A stretch of 64,000 bases of DNA from Camelus ferus (taxonomy: Eukaryota). Numbering within the stretch: the first letter of the stretch is position 1; each line of letters begins with the position of its first letter. Of this stretch, positions 12,563-25,522 are shown in pieces. The notes under the pieces are model-generated. The model had not been told where the DNA came from and made no database searches. It was given only the letters and a program-made list of their open reading frames with translations. The translations under genes and the position numbers were made by a program. The stretch is taken from assembly GCF_009834535.1 (NCBI RefSeq), contig NC_045705.1, positions 67,208,001 to 67,272,000 on the forward strand, given 5' to 3'.

Positions 12563-12629
12563 GTTCTCACATATTCACATAAGTGTGTACTTGTAGGAAG
12601 CCAACTCTAATGTGGGATGCAGCGAAGAC

Positions 12630-12770
12630 TAAAAATTTGAGATTTATAAGGATCTTGAGAGTATCTCATCCAATCTCCTCACTTTATCAAGGAGGAAACT
12701 CAGGCGCAGACAAAGGCCTTGACTTGCTGGAAGCTATCTGTGAATAGGGCTGGAGTCACAAAGTTCCCAT
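12630..12770 (-). mobile_element. MIR SINE relic
   Basis: cactttatcaaggaggaaactcaggcgcaga...gacttgctggaagcta. Confidence 0.55.
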
Positions 12771-13659
12771 CCCCCCACTGCACGTCCTTCCTTCCAGACC
12801 TGAAAGGTGTTCCTTGCTTTGCCACCTGCAAGCCTGGAGAGGATGCTTGGCCTCTGATTGGAGAGCCCCCTTCCAGCCCCCTAGCCTGGGGGAATCAGGA
12901 CAACCAATTCCAGCTCCTCTCCAGAGCTGTGGCTGGGTGAGGGGCTCAGGGAAGCTGGAGGGCCCCCTGGGAAGTCACAGCAGGTCAACGTTGGAAGGGA
13001 CCTCAGTAAGCATCTCCTGCCACCAACCACGTTCTACAGCCACAGAGACAGGAGGGATTTGCACAAAGTCACACAGCAGGTGGGTGCTGAAGCACAGGCT
13101 GGAAACCCAGGACTCTAGGCTTCTTTCTGTTATCTGAGCCCTTCAGAAGTGTCAGGCAATTCCTAAACTTCTGCAGGTGTGTGCAGCTGAAGAAAGAGTT
13201 ATTAAAAGTCCTAACAGAGTCTGTTTCCCTCGCCTCCTCCCCTGGGCCTTGCTTCAAAGACCTCCAGGCCAAAGGACCCCACAGCCCCATAGGTGTCAGG
13301 GACAGGGACACAACTGTGTGATGAGTCACAGCTTCCCCTCCCTGCTTCCCAGGGGGCTTTGGCACCTACCTCCTGTTCCAGTTGGGATGCTCAGGTAATG
13401 GCTGTGGGGAAGAGGTGGAGAAGCCGTGAAGGCTACGCTGAGTTTCACTGAGACAAAGAGAGAGACCCACAGAGAAGGAGGAGAAATAAGGAAGGGGATA
13501 ATAATGCTAGGTTATTTGGGGCTTTCTGGACAGAATGTGGGGAGAGAGCTATTGTCCAGGGCAGGGTGGGGCTGTGGGCAGAGGCTGGAAGCTGGATTTG
13601 TTTCTTTCATCACAGTATCATACTAAGTGGGAACCAGAGGCAACTCAGCTTCACACATC

Positions 13660-14470
13660 TAGCCATTGAGCACATACTGGTCACCTCCTGAGGGCCAGGC
13701 CCCGTGCGAGGTACAGGGACAGAGCAACAAACAAGAGACTTGGTCCCAGCCCTTATGGGACTGACACACGAGTAGGGAAGACAGGGATTAAAGTAGATAT
13801 GTATGAAATAAGGCTGAGTTGTGATCAGCGCTGTGGACAACCCAGAGTAAAGGCTTACCCAGACAGCAGAGGGGTGGTGGAGGGGGAGGCAGAAAAGGCC
13901 CATCGGAGGGTGGGCCACTGAAGCTGAGCCCTAGGAAGAGAAGGAGCCAGCGTGTGAAAAGTGGGAAGAGCATTCCAAGTGGTGGGGACAGCATGTACAG
14001 AGAGAACCCAAGGCGGAAAAGGATGTGGTTGGTTCAGGGAACTGACTGGGCCAGCATGGCTACACAGGAAAGCCAGAGACAGGTGGAGAGATGGGTGGGG
14101 CCAGCTCCTTTTGGGTAAGGAGTTTGGATGTTATGGCAAGGGTAATAGTTGAAAGCCACTGCAGGGTTTAAACAAAGGAGAGGCGTGGCACAATTGGTAT
14201 TTTAGAAAGGTCATTTCGGTGCTGTACAGAGTGAACTGGAGGAGACAGGCTGGAGGCAGGGGACCACTCATGTGAGAAGTGATGGCCTGAGCCAGGCTGA
14301 TGGCTGTGAACATGGAAGAGGAGGGTGAAGTTGCCATCTGTTCGGGTGGCAGAGCAGTCAAGGCTTGCTGAAGGTGGGTAATGTGCAGGGTGTGGGAGAG
14401 CATGGGGTCAAGGATGACTCCCACTTTGTGACCTAAATGCCTGGGTAGAGGTGGTATCATTTACCTGATT
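13660..14470 (-). mobile_element. LINE-2 3' fragment
   Basis: Antisense L2-like text (gaagctgagcccta...gggaagagcattccaag...gccactgcagggttta...ggtcaaggatgactccca); boundaries approximate. Confidence 0.65.
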
Positions 14471-15249
14471 CCCTCAGAAAGCAAGAATAATCTCCCCCAG
14501 TACCCTAGGGAAACCTGGTGAGGGAGGGGAGCTGAAGGCAAGGAAAGTGGGGTCTAGAAGTGGGAGCCAGGCCAGGAGCAGGAGGGCAAGGGGCTCACAG
14601 ACGAATGAATATGGCTTCCTCACTGCAGTCAGTACTAGAGGGGTAAGGCCAGGTAGGCCATAAAGGAACACAGGGATGCCCAGGGCCCTTCAAAGCACTA
14701 TAGAACCGGGCGCTGCCCCTCTAAGGAACTAGAGGTCAGAAAGCCCCTCTGGGACTTCCCTTCCACTTCACACACCCGGTAACTGAGGCCCGGGGCCAGG
14801 GGAAGACCTGCCCAGCTGCTGAACCCCCTCCTTTGCAATCCCTTGGTCTTTCTTAAATGGCCACATAGCATAAGTCTACCCTCATACAACGTTTCCAGTG
14901 CTTCCCATCAGTGATCCTCATCATTTGGCGACCACCACCCCTCCTCTCATAGACCCACCCCTCCTCTCACAGACCCACGTCCCTCCCAAAGGGGCAAAGC
15001 CCCACGACCCGCTGAGTCTCTACTGTCGTTTTCCCCTGCCAGCCACACCGTTCTACCCCTTTCTGCCCGGAGCATCTTCTGTTCTTCAGGATCAACGAAG
15101 GATCCTCGAAGCCATAGCCAACAGCTACTTCCCACCCCAGGATCCTGCCGCAAATTGCTTTAATTTATTTTTACAGGTGGTGGTTGCTGCTTCTGTCTGT
15201 GTCCCCGGCCTGGATGCGGACGGTCTTGCTTTGAACCGATAAACGCCCA

Positions 15250-15678
15250 GGAAATCCGTACTAAATTAGTGACCCAGCGGGGCTCGCCCGTACATCTCAG
15301 GCTCCCCCGCGACCTCGGGGCTCCTCGCGCTCGGGTGCGCAGCCGCGCGGGGCTCAGCTGACGAGACCGGCTCCCCCAGGGGCGCGGAAGGGCGGAGGGT
15401 GGGCCTGGACCACAAGAGGCGGTGATTGGCGCTCACGTGACCAGGGCTCGCCACCGGCAGGACTCCATCACGTGATGCGCAGCCGGCGGAACGTTTTTCT
15501 CACGTGACGGAGGTGCGTGCTTGCGGCCCAATGAGGAGGCGGGGGCGGGGCTGCCGGGGGCGGTGCGCGGGAAGGGAACCCCCGGCATCCGCTGCGGCAG
15601 GCGAGACCTGGAGGGAAGCAGCGAGCGGGGGCCCAGTGTGGGGTCGGCGCCAGTCTGAGCCCGGTCGCGAGGGGCAGC
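15250..15678 (+). promoter_or_regulatory. RAD9A CpG-island promoter and 5' UTR
   Basis: ATTGG 15425-15429, TCACGTGA x3 (15433, 15468, 15500), CCAAT 15528-15532, GC box 15541-15550. Confidence 0.8.
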
Positions 15679-18600
15679 ATGAAGTGTCTGGTCACGGGCG
15701 GCAACGTAAAGGGTGAGTTGGGGCTGGCCTGCGGGCTGGGACGGCCCAGTGCGCCAGCCCAACTGATGTTTCTCCTCTCTTTCCCGCAGTGCTCGGCAAG
15801 GCCGTGCACTCCCTGTCCCGAATAGGGGATGAACTCTACCTGGAGCCCTTGGAAGACGGGGTGAGGAGCCAGGGTATTGGGGTGGGTAAGATTCCAACTG
15901 GGAACCCTAACCTGGGCTCGAGTCTCGCTCGCATCAGGCAGGATGCCGGTGGGAAGATTTGTCTGCTGAGTTAGTTTCCTCTCCTGTTGCTGGGGCATCA
16001 GTTTGGGCTCTGTCATGTTCCCAGGCTGGTGTGTGAATTGAGAGCATTTAGTCCCCAGAAGTGCCCGGTGCCTGGTGGCGGGTGGGGGTAACTAGGTAAA
16101 AGGCCGAGCGTGCTGGGCCCGTTGGGTGGAGCCCTTGCTGTGGGAGCGGTGGGAGGCCGACTCAGGGAAGGCTTCATGGCGAAGGTACCTGCTGACTGGA
16201 AGGAGAGGGAGGATTTCAACAGATGATGGTGGAAGTGGAGGACATTAGGGCAAGTGTGTGAGCAAAAGCCAGCCGAGAGCTGGGCCTGTCACTGCTGATG
16301 ACTGCATCCCGCTCCCTGCTTCTCCTGGCCCAGCTCTCCCTCCGGACTGTGAACTCCTCCCGCTCTGCCTATGCCTGCTTCCTCTTTGCCCCGCTCTTCT
16401 TCCAGCAGTACCAGGCGGCCACCCCTGGTCAGGACCCGCTGCGCTGTAAGATCTTGATGAAGGTGAGGCCCTTCCCTCAGAAGTGGCAGCTCATTCCCTC
16501 AGGAACCGCTAACAGCAGTGCGTGCGCTCTGGGGCACACAGTAGACGCCAGCTGGGGACAGAGATGTACGTAGGAGCAATCCAGTATAAAATGCAGTGAG
16601 GGGGCGCATAGCGAAGACATCCACAGAGGGTAACAGGAGATATGGAGAGGGTAATTGATTCTGCCGGAGACCTTGAGAGAGTGATGACATTCAAGTTGGT
16701 CCTTAAAAAGTAAACAGGTCTTTCAGGGCATTAGACGAGGGGAACAGCACAAAGGTTTGGAAGGGCATAAATGTCTGCATGTGTGGGAGGTCCGTTCCTG
16801 GTGTGACAGGGCTGAGCCCACGATGTTGCCAGGGCCTGAGGGGATGTGAGAGTTGGTTGGTGGAGACGCAATACTGGGCTGATGTGTTTTCCCCACTCAG
16901 TCGTTCCTGTCTGTCTTCCGCTCGCTGGCGATGCTGGAGAAGACCGTGGAGAAATGCTGCATCTCCCTGAATGGCAGGAGCAGCCGCCTGGTAGTTCAGC
17001 TGCACTGCAAATACGGTGAGTGAGCAACTGGCTGGGTCCTTAGGGTGCGGGGGTGGAGGTTGGCGGGGCCCACTGAGACGCTGTCTGCCCATCCAGGGGT
17101 GAGGAAGACTCACAACCTGTCCTTCCAGGACTGCGAGTCCCTGCAGGCTGTCTTCGACCCAGCCTTGTGCCCCCACGTGCTCCGTGCCCCGGCAAGGTGA
17201 GCACGCCCCTGGCTGCAGGCTGAGCCCTAGGTTTCTCTCTTCCATTTTGGGGCCTCAGGGGTCAGTTTAAAAAGGTCCCTCCTCCATCTTCACAGAATTT
17301 CTGTGAACCTCAGAGTTCATCCAGCTCCGTTCGCTTTCAGTTCCTTCTCTGACTCTTTACAGGGAGAGGATGGAGTGAGGAGGGCAGGCGCTCCCCTGTT
17401 CCATGCTCCTCGCTGTCTTCCGGAGCCTGTATTCTCCACCTCACAGTTCTGGCTTGGCTTTCTGACCACTCAGACCCATTCTGACTCCTCTTTTAGAGAG
17501 CAGGTGTCTGACCTGCCCTCAAATCTCCTCTGACCTGAGCACCCTGGAAGGTCCCTTAATTTTTATGGCTCAGAGACTCATAATCCTTCTCTGTCCTGGT
17601 TGTCCTCTTGGGGATGTTTCCCATTCAAGGGCAGCCTCTCTTCATACCCGACCGGGCTGTATATAGTCTTGGAGTCCCCAGGCCAAGGCAGGAGGCTGGG
17701 CGGGGAGGTTGTGGTCCAGGAGGGCTGCCTGGATAAGCAGCTGTAGGAGTGGAGCCTCTCTGGGCACAGAGCACCGGGGAGCTGTGCAGGGCCTGGGAGA
17801 TGGGGACTCCAGTGAATGCAAAGGTCCCTGGCAAAGACTAGCGTAGAGAGGAGTGGCTCCTCTTCCCTCCCCACCCCACACGCTGGATGCTGCTTGCCTT
17901 CGAGTTACCCAAGGTCTTCTGTTTCTTTTCTCTTGGTAGTGTAGGACATGGTAACTGGCAGGTCCCTTTGGGTTCTGACTTTCTGATTTTCTTAGTTCTG
18001 TTGATATAGACCAGGATTTGGGTAAAGAAAGATGGAATCAGTCTCTGGTCTGAGTCTTGGGGTTTTTTTTCTTTCTTTCTTTAAATGAGCAATTGTTTCT
18101 CTTTTTTATGAACAATTTCAAATGTACATAAAAGTAGATGCCAACTCCTGTTACAGTTGCCTTGAGGTAAATTCCAGATGTCTTCTTTTCACCTGTAAAT
18201 ATTAAATCCTACTAGACAAGGATCTGAGGGCTCTTTCTGAAGGCCGGGTTTATGCGGACAGTATGGGTATGGTCTCCCACCCCTGGGTGGACAGGTGCTG
18301 CCTGCCTGGTTTGGTTCAGTCCGAACAGCCCATCCTTTTCTGGGCTCCGCTCTTGTCTGCCCCATCTCTTGCAAGCAGGCTTCTCTGCCACAACAGCCTG
18401 GAAACGTTTGATGGGGCAGGAACCGTGTCCTGCTTCTCCTGTCCCCTTCCTCGGACATGCAAGGCCTGGTTGGGTTCTCTTTGGATGTTGGTGTGTCACT
18501 GCCCTGCCTCTGAGAGCAGAGCCACTGGGCAGGACTGAGCCTTGGGTGTAATGCTGTGCCCTCCTCACAGGGTCCTGGGGGAGGCTGTTCTGCCTTTCCC

Positions 18601-20415
18601 CCCCGCACTGGCCGAAGTGACACTGGGCATTGGCCGCGGCCGCAGGGTCATCTTGCGTAGCTACCAGGAGGAGGAGGCAGGTGAGGGAGCCAGACACGGC
18701 CCGGCACAGGGAGCAGAGATGGGGTGGGAAGGGGTTGGGTCCAGGTTCCTCCTGTTCCTGCCCCCATAGACAGCACCGTCAAAGCCATGGTGACTGAGAT
18801 GAGCATCGGGGAGGAGGATTTCCAGCAGCTACAGGCCCAGGAAGGGGTAGCCATCACTTTCTGCCTCAAGGAATTCCGGGTGAGGCCCCCCGTACACACT
18901 CACCACCCTGTCCACTCTCCGCCCTGCCGCGCCCAGGGCCTCACTGCTCTGCCTCTCCCTTCCCAGGGGCTCCTGAGCTTCGCAGAGTCAGCAAACTTGT
19001 CTCTCAGCATTTACTTCGATGCTCCGGGCAGGTAATTCCCAGCCTCAGGACAGGGAGGGGAGGGTTCTGGGATGCCAGGAGCCAAAGGGCCTTGACCGTG
19101 CCTGGACCCATCACCTGCCCAGGCCAGCCATCTTTGCCATCGAGGACTCTCTGCTGGAGGGCCACTTTGTCCTGGCCACGCTCTTAGAGCCAGACCTGCA
19201 CGCCCAGGATCTGCACTCCCCACAGCTCCAGCGGCCAGCACCTCCACTTCAGGCTCACAGGTAGAGCGCCCACCCACCCATTCCTCCCCCACCCCACCTC
19301 TGTGCACCCTGGCCTGAGCCTGCTGCTTCCAGCTTCTACACAACCCCCCACTCCCCCCCACCCGCCCCCACTTCCTGTCAGGCCCCAGCCCCTACAGGCT
19401 CAGCCTCACCAGTCAGCTGTACTCAGACCCCTCCTACCCAGGGAAGTGTCCCGAGGTCGGGCTGGCTTCCTTCTCTGGCTGAGGCCTCCCCTTGAGCCTT
19501 GTCCCAGGCCTAGGAGGGAAAGGGCTGCTGGGAGGCAGGGGGTTGCTTGGGATGGGGGAAGCAGGTGGCTGAAAGGGCAGGTGGGTTGGGGAAGGATGGG
19601 CCCAGTGTAGTTGAAGCAGAGGAAGTTTGGTCTGGCCACCCGCCCAGCATGTCCCTGGGCCCCAGTGTTCTCCAGTTCCTGTCTCCTGGGAAGGTGGGGG
19701 CTTGGCCCCCAGGTGGCCCAGCTCACAGGACTTGCTGCTCCCCTCCCCCTGCTGAGCTAATCTGGCTGCCGGGATGCCTCCCTCAGGCCTCTACCTGAAC
19801 TCTGAGGAAAGGATTCCAGGTCCGCCCCTTCCAGGAAGCAGCTACTTAACCCCTGCATCCCCTCCCCTCCAACCAAACCAGGAAGTAGTAAAACCAAGAG
19901 GTCACCAATAGTCACAAGGCCCCTGCAGCCGCCCGCCCCCCCCCCCCCCGAGCCCTCTAAGGTGGGGCCCTGCCTCTGTACCCCACTTCCCTCCCAGTTC
20001 TCTGCTGATGTTGTCTCTGCCTACAGTACACCCCACCTGGATGACTTTGCCTTTGACGACATTGACTCTTACATGATTGCCATGGAAACCTCCGTGGGCA
20101 GTGAGGGCTCGCGGGCACTGCCCTCCATCTCCCTTTCACCTGGCCTCCAGCCCCACTGTAGCCCTGGCCCCTGCTCAGAGGAGGAAGATGATGCTGAGCC
20201 CAGCACAGTGCCTGGGACTCCCCCACCCAAGAAGGTAGGGGCTGGAGACAGAGATGGGGAGGAGGAGGAGGAGGGAACAGCCTCTAGAACTCACTCGGCT
20301 TCCTCTGTTCTCTTCCCAGTTCCGCTCGCTGTTCTTTGGCTCCATCCTGGCCCCTGCACACTCTCCCCAGGGCCCCAGCCCTGTGCTGGCTGAAGACAGT
20401 GAGGGTGAAGGCTGA
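15679..20415 (+). CDS. RAD9A: RAD9 checkpoint clamp component A (9-1-1 complex), 11 exons, 391 aa
   Basis: Exons 15679-15712, 15790-15860, 16334-16462, 16901-17015, 17097-17196, 18571-18680, 18770-18879, 18967-19031, 19123-19260, 20027-20234, 20320-20415, all GT-AG. The sum of 1176 nt gives [28 protein letters not shown]...[10 protein letters not shown]. Confidence 0.97.
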
Positions 20416-21047
20416 ACCCCTGTTGGGAGGACTGGACTAGATGCAGCCCCAGCCTCCGCCTCTCCCCAGTGCCAGCAGGGACAGGGCCAGCTCTCCTCCT
20501 GGGTGGGTGGCAAAGGTGGGCTGTGCTGGAGCTGAGCTGGCTGGTCCTGCAGCCTCCCCCAGGCCCTGCCTGGCTGTCTGTGACTGGCCGGGGTCCTGTC
20601 ATTTCCCTCTAGCCCCAAGTCATGTCTGTTCCCAGGCTCTGTGTTGAGCTGCCACCTGCCAGGAGGTCCCTCACCTCTTAATCCAGCCAGGTGTATAGCC
20701 AGGGCTAGAGCCTGCCCTCTAAGCCCACCTCCCTAAGGGGGAAAAAAAAAAAAACCACAGTGGGGCTTCATTTTCTCTGCTAATCATGACCTGTCCCTTC
20801 CTCAAATCCTGGGCACACCTCTAGAAACCCCTGTGGCTGGCACAGATACTTTTGCTTGCTTTTCCAATACTCTCTGGCTTTGGCTTGGAATTCCAGGGGC
20901 CCCTGTGGACCTGAGTGTGTGGCTGGAGTTTTCCTGGCTGGGGCCCCATGCCCAGTAAGCCTCCAAGTGGCTCTGGGCAGAAGGGTTGCCAGGCCCAGTG
21001 TTTGGGACAAGGGACACAGAGGCCATAGTGAGAATCCAGCTTTGACC

Positions 21048-21053
21048 TTTATT
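21048..21053 (-). terminator. PPP1CA polyadenylation signal AATAAA
   Basis: tttatt on the plus strand, about 320 nt past the PPP1CA stop. Confidence 0.8.
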
Positions 21054-21374
21054 CAAGAGACCAGATGGGTTGCCCCAGGATCCGGCTGCCAGCCCTGAGG
21101 CCAAACAAGGCCTGAGACCCACAATCTGGCCCTGCTTTGCCCTGAGCTGCAGCCTCAGCCCCAGGATCCTGCCTGCAGCCACTGTCGAGGCAGGCAGAGA
21201 GAGCCGTGGGGGATTGGATGCTGCTATTGATTCATAAAAAAAAAAAAAGAAAAAATACACCAAGGCTCCGTGTTCCCCGTGACAGGTGGGCCTGGGGGGG
21301 CCAGCGTGACCCCTCTATAGCCATGTGATTTCTGTACAATCCACCATCTGGGGCAGAGGGCGGGCACATGGAGG

Positions 21375-24227
<2,853 letters not shown>

Positions 24228-24320
24228 GGCGGCGCCGCCGCTCTGGCCCAGCAGCTCCGGGCCCGCTCCTGCCTCCCGCCCTCCCTCTAACTCCTTCCGG
24301 CCTGGCGCTCCTTCCGCCCA

Positions 24321-24404
24321 CCCTGGCCCGCCCCGGCCCGCCCCGGCCCGCCCCGGCCCGCCGCCCCGCCTCCTCGGCCGCCTGCCCCGCCTCCTCGGCC
24401 GCCC
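24321..24404. repeat. Tandem GC-box repeats: 10-mer CCCCGGCCCG x4 (24321-24360) and 21-mer GCCCCGCCTCCTCGGCCGCCY x2 (24363-24404)
   Basis: Read directly from the sequence; one mismatch in each array. Confidence 0.85.
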
Positions 24405-25225
24405 GCCCCGCCCCGCCCGTTGCCCTAGCGCTCTAGCGCCTCCGCAGGACGCCAAGAGCAGCGGCCGCGGAGGCTCGGGAGGCGGAGCCTCGGTCGCGGG
24501 GCGGGACTTGGAATGAATTCGTACTCTGGCGCGGAGCCTGCCCAGTGGGCGGGGCTTCGTGGGGCGAGGTCGAGTCTAGTCCCGCCCTTGAGGAGTCACC
24601 CACCCCTGTTCGGAGGGTATGGGACCGGAAGTACTGTGGAAGTTGTTTTTCTCTTTCTTCGGGGGCAGGAGGGTGGTGTGAGCTCATTGGTAACCACCTC
24701 TCCGAATACTGCGAATTAAGTCCTTGAAGTACAGGAAAGGAAACTGAGGCTCAGAGATAGCAAGGGGCTGGTCCAAGACTGGGCCTCAAAGCCACATTCA
24801 CGGAGGATCTCTACTTCTTGAGTCTCTGTGGCCGCCGGACAACTGACCACCCAGACACCTGTTGCTGACCGCTGATCACATTCTGGTCCACATTGCCTGT
24901 GGTGTATACTAAATTAATTTTCTGTGTGTTTCATTTTTGTCTTTTGAGCAGCATAGTAATGCTGCCTTGTGTGCATGTTAAAAGTACTACTTTGTAAAGA
25001 GCAAACGTTAAATAAACCATAATTCTCATTGGAACCCTGAATTGAGTGTCTTATGTGCCAGTAACCTCAAATCTGGAACCCAAGCTTGTACCCACCCAGC
25101 CCACTGGGATGGGGGGAGGAGTCCAGGGCCACTGGGTCAGGCCGGAAGAGCCTGGGAGAGGAAGGGGTAACCCCCCACACACATTTGGGAGGGGCCCCCA
25201 GCGGGTTGCTGAAGCTGTGGCTGAG

Positions 25226-25262
25226 GAGGAAGTGAGAGGAGGAGGTGAGATACAGCAGGGAG
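25226..25262 (+). promoter_or_regulatory. Probable TBC1D10C promoter and non-coding first exon
   Basis: PU.1/ETS-like GAGGAAGTGA at 25226-25235; donor GAG|gtaagc at 25263; acceptor cttgcag| at 25496 ahead of the ATG exon. Confidence 0.5.
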
Positions 25263-25522
25263 GTAAGCTGGGCTGGTGGGGACAGGGGCTGGGCCCTGGT
25301 CTCTGTCCAGGGGGTCTGGCCTTTCTGCCACTTCTGGGTGTTACCCCACTATCATCCTACAATAAAAGAAAGGGCTTGGTGAGATACCCTGAAATCTGCC
25401 CCCTCTGACCTGGGGCTAGGGCCTGGCTGGATAGGAGCCCAGGCCCCAGGCTGGCCAGGAGCTGCCTCTCACATTGACTTTGCCGACATCTTGCAGCCTG
25501 TGGTATCGGGGTCTGTGGCACC

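Noticed and set aside
19998-20026. Alternative upstream acceptor for RAD9A exon 10 suggested by ORF 19962-20393
   Set aside because: It lies 29 nt upstream, which shifts the frame; the AG at 20025-20026 gives the expected 391 aa.
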